64,000 bases of DNA from NCBI GenBank assembly GCA_002404865.1, contig DHKP01000009.1, forward strand, positions 64,806 to 128,805, given 5' to 3'. The stretch comes from Bacillales bacterium UBA4691 (GTDB taxonomy: Bacteria; Bacillota_I; Bacilli_A; RFN20; CAG-826). Positions 19,066 through 29,961 of this stretch are shown here, piece after piece (within the stretch, counting starts at the first letter, position 1; every line of letters starts with the position of its first letter). The position numbers and the translations under genes are program-made. Below the pieces are notes generated by a model that was given only the letters and a program-made list of their open reading frames with translations, did not search any database and was not told the origin of the DNA.

Positions 19066-20344
19066 TGCAAAACTAATTGAAGAAAAGCCTGAATATGTTA
19101 AGGAAGCTCTATCGAAGAAAGGCTGGGATTTTGATCCTGCCCCACTTCTTGCTTTGTTTGAGACTCGTCGCGCCTTATTGAAAGAAGTCGAAACCAATAA
19201 AGCGGAGCAAAATAAATTGAGCGCAACAGTGCCTTCACTAAAAAAAGCAGGTGGCGATGTGCAAACGGTTTTCAAAAAAGTCAAAGAACTTGCCGCTTTG
19301 AACAAAGACAAAGAGACTGAACTTAGCAAAGTCGAAGCCGAAATTAAATCGCAAATCGAAGTCCTTCCAAATATGCCTGACCCCGATTTACTCGCGGGCG
19401 GAAAGGAAAATAACCACCCGATTTATCATTTTGGGAAAAAGCCAACGTTTGATTCTTTTAAACCGAAAGACCACGTGGAACTTGCCGAATCCCTTGGCTT
19501 AATCGATTATAAGCGTGCCGCAAAAATCTCTGGTTCTGGCACTTGGATCTATACTGGCTTAGGAGCGCAACTCGAATGGGCCCTTCTCAACTATTTTATT
19601 TCTACGCATTTGGCCGATGGCTATACGATGATTCTCCCTCCTCACATTCTTAACGAAGACAGTGGATATACGGCTGGACAATTCCCAAAATTCAGGGAAG
19701 ATGTTTTCTGGCTTGAAGGAACGAATCCGAAAAAATTCCTCCTTCCCACCGCAGAAACCGCTTTGGTGAATCTGCACCGTAACGAGGTTTTATCTATCGA
19801 TGACCTCCCAAAGAAATATTTCGCCTATACCCCTTGCTACCGCAAAGAAGCGGGAAGCTATCGTACCGAAGAAAGAGGTATGATTCGTGGCTACCAATTT
19901 GACAAAGTCGAAATGGTTCAATACACCACCGACGACGGCAGTGATGAAGCTTTCGAAGAACTCGTGAAGAAAGCGAAAGCCTTGCTTGAAGGGCTTGGCC
20001 TATGCTATCAGCTTGATAAACTTGCCGCTGGCGATTGCAGCCACTCCATGGCAAGAACTTACGATATCGAAGTGTGGATTCCTTCCATGCACATCTATAA
20101 AGAGGTATCAAGCGTTTCTAACGCTCGCGATTATCAAGCTAGACGTGGCATGATTCGCTACAAAGACCACAATGGCAAGATGCACTTCTGCCATACGCTT
20201 AATGGCTCTGGTTTAGCGACCTCCCGCGTCTTCCCGGCTTTGCTTGAACAAAATCAACAAGCGGATGGCTCTGTTGTTGTCCCTGAGAAGCTCCGTCCAT
20301 TCATGGGTGGGATTTCCGTATTAAAACCAGTCGAGAAAAAATAA
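19058..20344 (+). CDS. serS: Seryl-tRNA synthetase
   Basis: 428-aa ORF with an N-terminal coiled-coil arm and class II motifs (YFAYTPCYRKEAGS, GSGLATSRVFPALLE). Confidence 0.95.
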   Translation: MIDAKLIEEKPEYVKEALSKKGWDFDPAPLLALFETRRALLKEVETNKAEQNKLSATVPSLKKAGGDVQTVFKKVKELAALNKDKETELSKVEAEIKSQIEVLPNMPDPDLLAGGKENNHPIYHFGKKPTFDSFKPKDHVELAESLGLIDYKRAAKISGSGTWIYTGLGAQLEWALLNYFISTHLADGYTMILPPHILNEDSGYTAGQFPKFREDVFWLEGTNPKKFLLPTAETALVNLHRNEVLSIDDLPKKYFAYTPCYRKEAGSYRTEERGMIRGYQFDKVEMVQYTTDDGSDEAFEELVKKAKALLEGLGLCYQLDKLAAGDCSHSMARTYDIEVWIPSMHIYKEVSSVSNARDYQARRGMIRYKDHNGKMHFCHTLNGSGLATSRVFPALLEQNQQADGSVVVPEKLRPFMGGISVLKPVEKK

Positions 20345-20365
20345 AGAAACATATATAATATCTAA

Positions 20366-20444
20366 GCCATCGCGAGGAGAAGATGTCGAACCAGGTCAGG
20401 ACGGGAACGTAGCAGCCTTAAGCCATCATCCCCTGTGCGATGGT
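20366..20444 (+). ncRNA. ffs: Small (4.5S-type) signal recognition particle RNA
   Basis: The domain IV core ACCAGGUCAGGACGGGAACGUAGCAGCC matches the E. coli 4.5S core ACCAGGUCAGGUCCGGAAGGAAGCAGCC, including the GGAA tetraloop and the AGG/AGCA loops. The terminal helix pairs GCCAUCGC (20366-20373) with GCGAUGG (20437-20443), followed by U5. Confidence 0.85.
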
Positions 20445-20487
20445 TTTTCTTTCCTTATTTCGCTTGCTTTGCTTTAGAATAAAATAT

Positions 20488-20952
20488 ATGAATTTGAAAA
20501 AAACACCTGAGGAATACATGGATATTGCTTTAGAGGAAGCGAAATTGGCTTTAGAGGAAGGCGAAGTTCCGATTGGGGCAATCGTCGTGAAAAACGGTGA
20601 CATCATCGGTAGAGGCCATAATCGACGAGAAACAAAAAACGATATTTCTTCCCATGCCGAAATTGAAGCGATAAAGGATGCGGAGAAGCATTTAGCGAAT
20701 TGGACATTAGAAGGCGCCTCTATTTTTGTCACGGTTGAGCCTTGCTTAATGTGCTCCGGGGCGATTAAGCAAGCGCGTCTATTCGCTTTGTATTATGGGG
20801 CAAGTGATCCTAGGATGGGCGCCGTAAAAAGTCATTATTTCGTATTTGATGAAGAAGTAAAAGATTCTAACCCCTTGGTGTATAACGGAATTCGCGAAAA
20901 AGAATGCGCGTCATTATTAAAGGAATTCTTCTTAAAACGAAGGAATAAATAA
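20488..20952 (+). CDS. tadA: tRNA-specific adenosine deaminase
   Basis: It has the HAEIEAI and PCLMCSGAI zinc-deaminase motifs. The track ORF starts at 20440 inside ffs, so the ATG at 20488 (MNLKKTPEEYM) is preferred. Confidence 0.9.
   Translation: MNLKKTPEEYMDIALEEAKLALEEGEVPIGAIVVKNGDIIGRGHNRRETKNDISSHAEIEAIKDAEKHLANWTLEGASIFVTVEPCLMCSGAIKQARLFALYYGASDPRMGAVKSHYFVFDEEVKDSNPLVYNGIREKECASLLKEFFLKRRNK
20890..20908. repeat. 19-nt direct repeat, copy 1 (inside the tadA 3' end)
   Basis: ATTCGCGAAAAAGAATGCG is identical to 21283-21301. A partial third copy, GAAAAGAATGCGC, is at 20955-20967. Confidence 0.8.
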
Positions 20953-21282
20953 CGGAAAAGAATGCGCTTTTCGTCTTTAGGAGTTTGTAGAGAATAAAAA
21001 TCCCATATTTAGTAGGCAAACACTGGCTTTTATGTGGTTTGTTTTTCGAATAAATTGGTGTGCATCAGTTCCTGCACCACGAATTGGCAAACTAAATGCA
21101 ACTTTATAAGTGAAAACTGCGTTTAGCTCAAAAAAAGTAACGGCGAAAAAATCAATAACGAAATCAAAACAGCTGAGTGTACACCGTTTTATTCAAATTA
21201 TTTGCTTAAAAAAACGCGATGATTGCCGCATAATTTACCCTTTTGTTAATGTTTTGTTCCTAAAAACGAGGTGTATGGTAGG

Positions 21283-21301
21283 ATTCGCGAAAAAGAATGC
21301 G
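21283..21301. repeat. 19-nt direct repeat, copy 2 (intergenic, upstream of the ABC transporter)
   Basis: ATTCGCGAAAAAGAATGCG is identical to 20890-20908. Confidence 0.8.
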
Positions 21302-21369
21302 ATTTTTCTTTTGCAAAATGCGGTTTTTGTTCGTGAAACCTTCCTTCTATCTATGATAGACTTTTTCAT

Positions 21370-24309
21370 ATGCTAGAATTAATTCACATCAAAAAAGATT
21401 ATTACGTTGATAAAAAACCCTATACCGCTTTAAAAGATATCTCTCTTGCTTTTACCGACAAAGGATTCGTATCCATATTGGGGCCTTCAGGGTGTGGTAA
21501 AACCACGATGCTCAACATCATCGGCGGGCTTGATCACTACACCGAAGGCGATCTTCTCATCGATAATAAGAGCACCAAAGATTTCAAAGATGCCGAATGG
21601 GATGCATATCGTAACGAACGGGTCGGGTTCGTTTTCCAATCTTACAATCTCATCCCTCACCAAACGATTCTTTCCAATGTTGAAACCGGCTTAATGCTCA
21701 ATGGCGTTAATCACGCGGAAAGAGATGAGCGGGCTTTGAAAGCCCTCGAGAACGTTGGGTTAAAAGAGATGGCTAAGAAAAAGCCAAACCAATTGTCGGG
21801 CGGGCAAATGCAGCGTGTTGCTTTAGCGCGTGCCCTTGTGAACAACCCGAAAATCGTTTTGGCAGACGAGCCAACCGGCGCTTTAGATTCCGTTACTTCC
21901 AAGCAAGTGATGGAGCTTCTAAAAGAAGCGAGCAAAACTCGCCTCGTGATTATGGTGACCCATAACCAAGAACTTGCTTATGAATATAGCGACCGCATCA
22001 TTCGAATGAAAGACGGCGCGATTGAAAGCGATTCTTCCCCCGTTCCAATAAAAACCGCGACAAACTCCATCAAAGAAATCAATAAAAAAACATCTATGAG
22101 TTTTATGACCGCCTTGAAATCGTCGTGGTCAAATGTACGTACCAAGAAAGGAAGAACTATTTTAACTGCGATTGCCTCTTCTATCGGTATCATTGGTGTC
22201 GCTCTCGTTTTGGCGGTGAGCAATGGCTTCTCCGTTTACGTCGATAAAGTCGAAACCGCGGTTGCGGGCACCGTCCCGATATCGATTTCGCCAATCACCT
22301 ATAGCTACAAGCAAATCGAAAACAAGAATGAATACGAGCAATATCCTGATGAACAAGAAGTCAAAGTGTACGATTCCACTAGCACCTACTCGACCATTCA
22401 TAAAAATAATTTCACGGCAGATTATCGCGATTATATTTCTAAAACCATCGATAAAGGGCTAGCGAGCTCCATTCTCTATAACAAAGAGAATTTCTCTTTC
22501 AACCTAATGACGGATGACCCTGCTGGACATGGCGTTATTGAAGTCGATCAATACGCCTCTGCTGGCATGACGGGTAGTGCTATCGGAAGCGTTACGGGCT
22601 TACCAACCACTATTTTCCATGAATTATATGGCCCTACCAAAGAAATATCAAAATGGTATGACTGCATCGCCGGGAAAATGCCTTCTAGGAAAGACGAAAT
22701 CGTTTTAATCACCGATAGCTATAATCGCGTGGAGAAAAAGACATTGACGGAATTGGGGATACTTTCCTCCGTAGATGATAAAAAAACAATTTCTTTTGAC
22801 GATATCCTTTATAACGAAAACACCGGAAAAGGTAAAATTTATAAAGCCTACCGCAATTCGGATATCTATAAGGATGTTCCCTTTCATTCTGACGATGGTA
22901 GGCAAGTCGATTCTTATGAAATTACGGGTTATACCTTGGAAAAGGGAATCTATCAAGTTACTGTCAAAGACGCAAAAGCGACAATTCGCTATTTTGAATA
23001 TAAGCCAAAAGGCGACACTGTTTTTAATGACGATGAGAAATATAACCCGGTGAAGTTAAAAGTCGTCGGCGTGCTTCGCCCCAAAAAGGACGCCTATATT
23101 TCTTTAATGCCATCTTCCTTAGGCTATATCAGTGAATTAAAAGATTATCTTGCCGATGATGGGAGAAGCGCGAGCTACGAGCCAAACGAAGAGCTTAGGA
23201 AAAGACTAACGGAAACCCATCATAATTTGGAGCTCGCCGCTAGAGGTAACGTTTGCTTTATTCGCAATATCGATCCCACTACGGGAAAACCGACAAAAGA
23301 CGACGGAATAGTTAAATTAAATACTTTCTTTGAAAAATATAGCAAAGCATTGAATCTTTCTAATATCATTCAAAACAAAGGCGAAATGACCGATCAAGAG
23401 AAAAGCACACTCGCCCTTATGGTTAGCGAATTCCCTTCCGAAATGGAAAAATGTTTTAACTATTATAATTATTATGGCATTTCAAACGATAAAGGAGGAA
23501 CTTCTCTTTCTTATTGGACGGGGTCCAGTTATAGCTTTTTAAAGAATTGCAAAAAAGTTGGCGCCGATATGCTTCAAAGCCAAGTGAGCCTTCCTTCAAC
23601 TAGCGAAGATGTCGAATCTTCAGGTTTGGCCCTCGTTTTAAAATTGACCGATAATAGTTTCTGGAATGACATCAATAATCCAAGCCGTAGTACGTGGTGT
23701 GCGATGGACTTTTTGGCTTTAGAAAAAGGTTTCTCACTCATCACTTCAATTTTGATATTCCCCGCTGCCTTAACGACAAAAAAAGAATTAACATCGTATC
23801 TAGACAAATATAACGAGGGGAAAGTAGATAGCGAACAAATCGCTTATAACGACGTGATGAGCACTTTCACCGATTCATTAGGGACGATGATCCAAATGAT
23901 TAGCGTCGTTCTCATCGTATTCGCTTCTATTTCGCTTGTTGTCAGTTCCATCATGACCGGAATCATTACTTATGTTTCTGTCGTAGAAAGAACGAAAGAA
24001 ATCGGGATTCTGCGAGCGTGTGGAGCACGGAAAAAAGACGTTGGCCGCCTTTTCCAGGCTGAATGTGTCATTATTGGTGCGATGGCTGGGGTTATCGGGG
24101 TAGGCGTTTCTTGGATCGCTTGTTTCCCCATCAGTGCGATTATCGATCATCTATTCCCTGGCAATGGTTTAAATTCGATTGCCTCACTCTCTCCTTGGCA
24201 CGGCCTTATGCTTATCGCCATTGCCATCGTCTTGGCTTTTATTTCGGGTTTAATCCCCGCTAGAATCGCTGCTAAAAAAGATCCGGTTACAGCTTTAAGG
24301 ACGGAATAA
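21370..24309 (+). CDS. Fused ABC transporter ATP-binding/permease protein (MacB/FtsX-like) with a very large extracytoplasmic domain
   Basis: 979-aa ORF. The N-terminal region has Walker [10 protein letters not shown], the signature [15 protein letters not shown] and Walker [11 protein letters not shown]. The C-terminus has an FtsX-type four-helix bundle ([15 protein letters not shown]...). Confidence 0.85.
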   Translation: MLELIHIKKDYYVDKKPYTALKDISLAFTDKGFVSILGPSGCGKTTMLNIIGGLDHYTEGDLLIDNKSTKDFKDAEWDAYRNERVGFVFQSYNLIPHQTILSNVETGLMLNGVNHAERDERALKALENVGLKEMAKKKPNQLSGGQMQRVALARALVNNPKIVLADEPTGALDSVTSKQVMELLKEASKTRLVIMVTHNQELAYEYSDRIIRMKDGAIESDSSPVPIKTATNSIKEINKKTSMSFMTALKSSWSNVRTKKGRTILTAIASSIGIIGVALVLAVSNGFSVYVDKVETAVAGTVPISISPITYSYKQIENKNEYEQYPDEQEVKVYDSTSTYSTIHKNNFTADYRDYISKTIDKGLASSILYNKENFSFNLMTDDPAGHGVIEVDQYASAGMTGSAIGSVTGLPTTIFHELYGPTKEISKWYDCIAGKMPSRKDEIVLITDSYNRVEKKTLTELGILSSVDDKKTISFDDILYNENTGKGKIYKAYRNSDIYKDVPFHSDDGRQVDSYEITGYTLEKGIYQVTVKDAKATIRYFEYKPKGDTVFNDDEKYNPVKLKVVGVLRPKKDAYISLMPSSLGYISELKDYLADDGRSASYEPNEELRKRLTETHHNLELAARGNVCFIRNIDPTTGKPTKDDGIVKLNTFFEKYSKALNLSNIIQNKGEMTDQEKSTLALMVSEFPSEMEKCFNYYNYYGISNDKGGTSLSYWTGSSYSFLKNCKKVGADMLQSQVSLPSTSEDVESSGLALVLKLTDNSFWNDINNPSRSTWCAMDFLALEKGFSLITSILIFPAALTTKKELTSYLDKYNEGKVDSEQIAYNDVMSTFTDSLGTMIQMISVVLIVFASISLVVSSIMTGIITYVSVVERTKEIGILRACGARKKDVGRLFQAECVIIGAMAGVIGVGVSWIACFPISAIIDHLFPGNGLNSIASLSPWHGLMLIAIAIVLAFISGLIPARIAAKKDPVTALRTE

Positions 24310-24311
24310 AT

Positions 24312-26828
24312 ATGACAAAAGAAAAACTGCTCGCGGAGATAGAGAATGCTCCAAAATTTCACCCTGATTACCACACTGGCCTTACCTTAGAGCAAGTGGA
24401 AAGCCGTCTTGATGCGGGTTTGATTAACAAAACGCCGAAAAAAGTCACAAAATCTTATTGGAAAATCTTCACGGATAATTTCTTTTCTTTCTTTAATTCC
24501 GTGCTGTTTGGCATCGCGATCCTCATGCTTATCGCGGGAATATACGAAATCAAATATTATGCATTTCTTGTTGTTCTCTCATGCAACATCGTCATTGGTT
24601 TAATCACCGATATCCATGCTAGAAGGCTCGTGGATAAATTACGATTGGTTACCGATCCTCGCGTAACCGTTGTGCGCGATGGGGTAGAAAAAGAAATACC
24701 GGTCGACCAACTTGTTTATGAAGATGTTGTCATTCTTACACCTGGCGAACAAATCTGCGCAGACGCGATTGTTCTAGAAGGGGAGATGAAGGCTGATGAA
24801 TCTTTAATCACCGGCGAATCTGTCGCCGTAGCTAAAACGGTTGGAAGCCAAATCTATAGCGGCTCTTATGTTAAAAGCGGCAAGGTTTATGCTTGTGTCA
24901 ATCGCGTTGGGAATACCAATTACGCAGAAGACATTCAAAGCAAAGCAAAAGAATTCCGTCGCCCAAAAAGCGAATTAAAGCGTTCTTGCATCAAGATTTT
25001 CTGGGTGACAGGATCCCTTTCCATCATTATGGGGCTTGCTGAGCTTGCCACTTATTTGTTTCAGTGTGCCAATATGGTCCATGGCTTTGAGGGCGGATTT
25101 ACCCCCGCTAATTTCCGTGATTTCGCAAAAATGATGGGTGGATCAATGGTTGCGATGATTCCGAGCGGATTATATCTACTTGTGTCGCTTGCTTTAGCGA
25201 CAGGGGTCATTGCTCTTACCCGTAAACGCATGAACGTGCAAGAACTCTATTGTATCGAGATGCTCGCGCGTGTCGATGTGCTTTGCTTTGATAAAACAGG
25301 AACCTTGACAGACGGATCGATTCGCGTGCATGACGTCCATGTTTTCGATAAAAACTATTCCAAAGAAGAAATCGGTAAGATTCTCTCCTCTTTGGTGAAC
25401 GCAACGCATGATGAAAATAGTACCGCGAAAGCAATTTCATCCTATTTTGGGAACGCAACATACGAAGCCGTTTCCTCCATCCCTTTTGACTCCGATTACA
25501 AATATAGCGCCGCGACATTCCCTAAAAAAGGGACTTATATCATGGGAGCGTATGGCTTCGTTGACCAATGTCCTAATCTTGATGGCGCAAAAGCAATAGA
25601 TGATTTATCTAAACACGGATTTCGCGTCATTGCTCTTTATCACAACCAAAAAGAGATAGAAAACGGAAAAATTCCTAGCAAAAACAACTTAATTGCTGCG
25701 ATTTCCTTTTCTGATCACATTAAAAGCGACGCCAAAGAAAACATTGAATGGTTCCGTAAAAATGGCGTTAGCATCAAAGTCATTAGTGGCGACAACCCAA
25801 TCACGGTTTCCCAAATCGCGAAAGAAGTTGGCGTCCCTAACGCTAGTCAATATATTTCTATGGACCAAGTGAAGGATGAAGATATCCCTGCTTTAGTGGA
25901 TACCTATAGCGTTTTCGGTCGCGTGAAACCAGAGCAAAAAGCCCTTTTAGTTGAAGCTTTGCAAAAAGAAGGGCATAAAGTTGCGATGACTGGTGATGGG
26001 GTTAATGACATTATTGCCCTTAAAAAAGCCGATTGCTCGATTGCGATGGCTAGTGGCTCCAGTGCCGCAAGGAACGTCGCCCATATTGTCAGTATGGATA
26101 ATAATTTCTCTAAGTTGCCTGACGTTGTAGGAGAAGGAAGGCGCGTCATTAATAATTTGCAAAGAAGCGCCTCTTTGTTTTTAGGAAAGACGACATTCGC
26201 GGTTGTATTGAGCTTCGTGTTTTTGATTTTGAGCTGGTTTGGTTTGCCACAAGAAAAAACCGGTTATCCATTCAGTACGACGAATCTATTCATTTGGGAA
26301 CTATGCACGATCGGAGGGGGAGGGTTCTTCTTAGCGTTACAGCCATCGCATGAGCGCTTATCTGGCTCCTTTATGAAGAATGTTTTGGCCACCGCAATTC
26401 CATCTGGCTTAGTTGAAATTCTATGCGTCGCGATTTTATTCATCGCCTATTCGATCGAGCCTAATTTCGTTTCTTATGAGGCAGCGGTTGCATGTTCGAC
26501 GATCATGTTTACTTTGGTGAGCTATCTAATTTTATTCCGCATCTCTCTCCCGATGGACCGTTACCGCTTATTTGTTTTTATCCTTTTATTCGTGGGAGGA
26601 GGCGCCTTGTTCTTATTGGATTGGGCATTGCCAGCAAAAACATTCCCCGATGGAAGAATAGAAAGCTTCGTCCTTGGGTTAAATTATTCTGTTTTCAATT
26701 GGAGACTTGCCTTATTCATGACTTGCCAATTCGTCGCGCTCGCTGTAATTTATTACCTCCTAGATTGGGTGATACGTAAGAAAGTTACGCATATTGATAT
26801 TCTAAAAAGAAAGAAGGAAGAATTATGA
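24312..26828 (+). CDS. Cation-transporting P-type ATPase (P2/P3-like, HAD superfamily)
   Basis: 838-aa ORF with TGES, the phosphorylation site CFDKTGTLT and the hinge MTGDGVNDIIALKKAD. Confidence 0.9.
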   Translation: MTKEKLLAEIENAPKFHPDYHTGLTLEQVESRLDAGLINKTPKKVTKSYWKIFTDNFFSFFNSVLFGIAILMLIAGIYEIKYYAFLVVLSCNIVIGLITDIHARRLVDKLRLVTDPRVTVVRDGVEKEIPVDQLVYEDVVILTPGEQICADAIVLEGEMKADESLITGESVAVAKTVGSQIYSGSYVKSGKVYACVNRVGNTNYAEDIQSKAKEFRRPKSELKRSCIKIFWVTGSLSIIMGLAELATYLFQCANMVHGFEGGFTPANFRDFAKMMGGSMVAMIPSGLYLLVSLALATGVIALTRKRMNVQELYCIEMLARVDVLCFDKTGTLTDGSIRVHDVHVFDKNYSKEEIGKILSSLVNATHDENSTAKAISSYFGNATYEAVSSIPFDSDYKYSAATFPKKGTYIMGAYGFVDQCPNLDGAKAIDDLSKHGFRVIALYHNQKEIENGKIPSKNNLIAAISFSDHIKSDAKENIEWFRKNGVSIKVISGDNPITVSQIAKEVGVPNASQYISMDQVKDEDIPALVDTYSVFGRVKPEQKALLVEALQKEGHKVAMTGDGVNDIIALKKADCSIAMASGSSAARNVAHIVSMDNNFSKLPDVVGEGRRVINNLQRSASLFLGKTTFAVVLSFVFLILSWFGLPQEKTGYPFSTTNLFIWELCTIGGGGFFLALQPSHERLSGSFMKNVLATAIPSGLVEILCVAILFIAYSIEPNFVSYEAAVACSTIMFTLVSYLILFRISLPMDRYRLFVFILLFVGGGALFLLDWALPAKTFPDGRIESFVLGLNYSVFNWRLALFMTCQFVALAVIYYLLDWVIRKKVTHIDILKRKKEEL

Positions 26829-27727
26829 AAATCAATCCCGAAGTTGCTAGCGCCTTAAAAGAAGGGAAGCCAGTCGTTGCTTTAGAAAGCACGATCATTT
26901 CCCATGGCATGCCTTATCCAAAGAACGTGGAGACCGCCATGCTTGTGGAAAAGACAGTGCGCGAAAATGGCGCAGTGCCCGCTACAATGGGGATTATCGA
27001 AGGTGAACCAATTGTTGGGATGACACCTCTAGAAATTGAAGAATTTGGCAAACGCAAAGGAATCGCGAAAGTATCTAAACGCGACCTCCCTATCGTTATG
27101 GCTCGTAAAGAATGGGGCGCCACTACCGTTAGCGCCACGATTCTATTGGCCAAAAAAGCCGGCATTGAAATCTTTGTCACTGGCGGGATCGGCGGGGTTC
27201 ACCGCGGGGCAGAAACGACATTCGACGTATCTCGCGACCTCTATGAGCTTGCAAGCGAACCCGTTACCGTCATTTGCTCTGGCGCCAAAGCGATTCTCGA
27301 TATCCCGAAGACGCTCGAAGTATTGGAAACCCAAGGCGTTTCCGTTCTCTCTTATAAATCCAAAGACTTCGCAAACTTCTATTGCGTGGATTCCGGATAC
27401 GCCGCGGACGCTTCGTTCTCTACTCCTATAGAAGCCGCTAAAATCATTAAAGCAAAACGTGATTTTGGTTTATCTGGCGGCATCTTGATTTCTAATCCAG
27501 TTCCAGCGGAGGATGCTTTATCGCATGAATATATCGATGGGATTATCGCTAACGCCATTAAAGAAGCAGATGAAAAAGGCATTAAAGGGAAAGACGTCAC
27601 TCCGTTCCTTCTCGCGCGTATTGTTGAGCTCACGGGTGGAAAATCGCTAGAAACCAATATTCACCTTGTCGTTAATAACGCGGTGCTTGGCGCGAAAATC
27701 GCTTGCGAATACGCGAAATTAAAATAA
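26825..27727 (+). CDS. psuG: Pseudouridine-5'-phosphate glycosidase
   Basis: 300-aa ORF with VVALESTIISHGMPYP, GGIGGVHRG and KAILDIPKTLE, which are typical of the PsuG/IndA family. Confidence 0.88.
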   Translation: MKINPEVASALKEGKPVVALESTIISHGMPYPKNVETAMLVEKTVRENGAVPATMGIIEGEPIVGMTPLEIEEFGKRKGIAKVSKRDLPIVMARKEWGATTVSATILLAKKAGIEIFVTGGIGGVHRGAETTFDVSRDLYELASEPVTVICSGAKAILDIPKTLEVLETQGVSVLSYKSKDFANFYCVDSGYAADASFSTPIEAAKIIKAKRDFGLSGGILISNPVPAEDALSHEYIDGIIANAIKEADEKGIKGKDVTPFLLARIVELTGGKSLETNIHLVVNNAVLGAKIACEYAKLK

Positions 27728-27729
27728 CT

Positions 27730-28287
27730 ATGACAACCGAAGCCAAATTCAAAAGAGCTTTGAGAGAAATGATGCTAAGTGAACCGCTTAGCGAAATCAA
27801 CGTAACGACACTTTGCAAGGTTTGTGGGTGTCATCGCCAAACGTTTTATTATCATTATCAAGATATTTATGACCTTCTTGCGGCGATTTTTCTCAATGAA
27901 GACATTGAAGGGCTCTCGCGAGCAAAAGACGCATCTGAGATACTTACTTGCGTTTTGAATTACTGCAAAGAGAATTTTGTCTTCCTTCGGAGTGCCTATA
28001 ATAGTGCCGCTAGTGACCTCGTTGATGATTTTTGCTATAGCAAAGTCGCAACAAGACTACTATTCGTTTTCACCAAAAACGGAAAAGGCGAATTAAGCAA
28101 AAACGGATATCGGTCTTTGGCGCGTCGATTCTCTAGAATCGTCTCCGACGAATTTGGCTATTGGTTTAAAAACACGACCGTCACCCCCACTCGCTTTGAA
28201 AAAGCAATGCGACATTTTATCGATAATTCCGTCGCAATTCTTCTTCCTGCCCTAGAAAAGCTTTCAAAAGAGGAAAATAAAAAGTAA
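27730..28287 (+). CDS. TetR/AcrR-family transcriptional regulator (DhaS-like)
   Basis: The HTH is INVTTLCKVCGCHRQTFYYHYQDIYDLL. The ATG at 27730, just after the psuG stop, is preferred to the track start at 27703. Confidence 0.8.
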   Translation: MTTEAKFKRALREMMLSEPLSEINVTTLCKVCGCHRQTFYYHYQDIYDLLAAIFLNEDIEGLSRAKDASEILTCVLNYCKENFVFLRSAYNSAASDLVDDFCYSKVATRLLFVFTKNGKGELSKNGYRSLARRFSRIVSDEFGYWFKNTTVTPTRFEKAMRHFIDNSVAILLPALEKLSKEENKK

Positions 28288-28493
28288 AAGCACTCTCTAT
28301 TTTTTTATTATTAATGGAAAAAGAGGAAACGAAACAGCTATAATTATCAACGTTTCCTTGGTTCGGCAATTTGTTCGATCGGTAAAAGAAAACCATTAAC
28401 GAGAAAACTATGAAATTGAGACACACGTGTGGTTGGTCTCATCATGCCACAAACTCGTTATGGTTAAAGATTTACTTAGTAAGAGGGAGATTT

Positions 28494-29696
28494 ATGAAAA
28501 AGAATGATACTTTTGGGTATTTAGCCTATGCGCTTATGCTTGCTTTAGCGGTTTGCGTTGGTTTTTTTATCCTTCGCCCAGATTTTGCAAGCGGTGCCTC
28601 ATATTTAACGATGAACGTATTCCTACTTGTGTTTTTGTCCATTTTGGTTGGCATAGTCCTTACTTCTTTACTTTTAGAACTAGGGCATCTACTTGGTGCA
28701 AAAATGGGTCATTATGAAGTTACGGCCTGGATTTGTTTAGGCATCGGCCTTAAGAAAGATAAAGACGATAAAAACAAATTCTTTTTAGGTAGTTTTGATG
28801 GGCTGACCGGCGAAACGATTGTTGCCCCGAAAGACACTAAAAAGAGCAATCCTAGGATTTCTATCTACATGGCCTTGCTTTTTATACTCATCGAAATCGC
28901 TGCAATATCTGGCTTGCTTGTCTTTGGTTTAGCAAAAATTAAAGTAGGCGAAACAGGTTATTATTGGATCAAACCCGCAAGCGAAGTCGTTTTAACAATC
29001 ATTGGTATGATCCTTCTTTACGATATCTTTCCCGCACCTCTTGATGCAAAAAACGATGGCTACTTAATGACTATCCTTAATAGCAAAATCAACGTTATCG
29101 CTTATAACGAAATGCTTCTCGCTACGGATAAATTAACTCGCGGACTCCCAGTTGGAGATTTGCCCGTTTATGATGAAGTCACCGATTTCACTTATTCCGT
29201 CAATGATGTAACTCTTTATGAGGATTTAAATAAAGGCGATTATGAAGCTGCCCTGAATATCCTTGAAAAAACGCTTGCTTCAAAAGATAAAGTGTCCACT
29301 TCTCTATATCGCACTGCCGAAGCGCAAAAGATTGCTATCCTTCTTGATACAAAGCCTTTAGAAGAAGCTAAAGCGTATTACATCGCTCTTCCTCTTGAAG
29401 TCAAAAAGCATCTTTCAGCCCTTAATAGCGCACCTGCCATCCGCGCCTATGTCCTCGCAAACGGGATGATTGAAGAATCGATCGGCGAAACCGAAGCGGG
29501 GCTTAATAAAGTCCATGATGTTTTCCGTAAGCTCCCGAAAGAAAAGAAAGCAGTCGAAAAGAAATTATTGAAACTTGCGATGGAAAAAATCTTAACCGCC
29601 CATCCAGATTGGGACTTCAGCGATTACGGATATACATTAGAGAAAAAAGATGAAAATGTCGATGTAACAAATGAAAAGAAAGATGACACCAACTAA
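28494..29696 (+). CDS. Membrane protein with a helical (TPR-like?) cytoplasmic C-terminal domain
   Basis: The ATG at 28494 is preceded by AGAGGGAGA. The protein has 5-6 hydrophobic segments followed by a soluble helical half. No family was recognised. Confidence 0.6.
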   Translation: MKKNDTFGYLAYALMLALAVCVGFFILRPDFASGASYLTMNVFLLVFLSILVGIVLTSLLLELGHLLGAKMGHYEVTAWICLGIGLKKDKDDKNKFFLGSFDGLTGETIVAPKDTKKSNPRISIYMALLFILIEIAAISGLLVFGLAKIKVGETGYYWIKPASEVVLTIIGMILLYDIFPAPLDAKNDGYLMTILNSKINVIAYNEMLLATDKLTRGLPVGDLPVYDEVTDFTYSVNDVTLYEDLNKGDYEAALNILEKTLASKDKVSTSLYRTAEAQKIAILLDTKPLEEAKAYYIALPLEVKKHLSALNSAPAIRAYVLANGMIEESIGETEAGLNKVHDVFRKLPKEKKAVEKKLLKLAMEKILTAHPDWDFSDYGYTLEKKDENVDVTNEKKDDTN

Positions 29697-29717
29697 TCAA
29701 TAAGTAAATCTAGAATT

Positions 29718-29741
29718 GAGGGCTAATCGCCCTCTTTTTTA
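29718..29741 (+). terminator. Intrinsic terminator
   Basis: GAGGGC (29718-29723) pairs with GCCCTC (29729-29734), followed by T6. Confidence 0.7.
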
Positions 29742-29961
29742 TTTTTTATCGGTAAAGATAAAAAATAATTTATTAAATTTCAAAATATTTCTTGAAAAAC
29801 ATTTTGAAGTTTTTCAATCTATTTGTTTGCATTAATCTTGGTTTTTTAGGTGCCTTTTCAATAAGAAATAAATAAAAATTAAATAATTTAAATAAATAGT
29901 GTAATTTCAAAAGCCCCCATTATAATGGCGAAATTCCTGTTGCTAATGGAGGTATAAACTC

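Noticed and set aside
21110-21376. An 88-aa ORF in the tadA-ABC intergenic region
   Set aside because: It has no RBS, begins with a non-ATG start in an AT-rich spacer, and ends by overlapping the ABC start. It is probably non-coding.
28494-29696. Possible degenerate M50/site-2-protease motif (LELGHLLG) in the membrane protein
   Set aside because: The first His of HExxH is missing and no second conserved motif (NxxPxxxLDG) is visible. The evidence is too weak to annotate.
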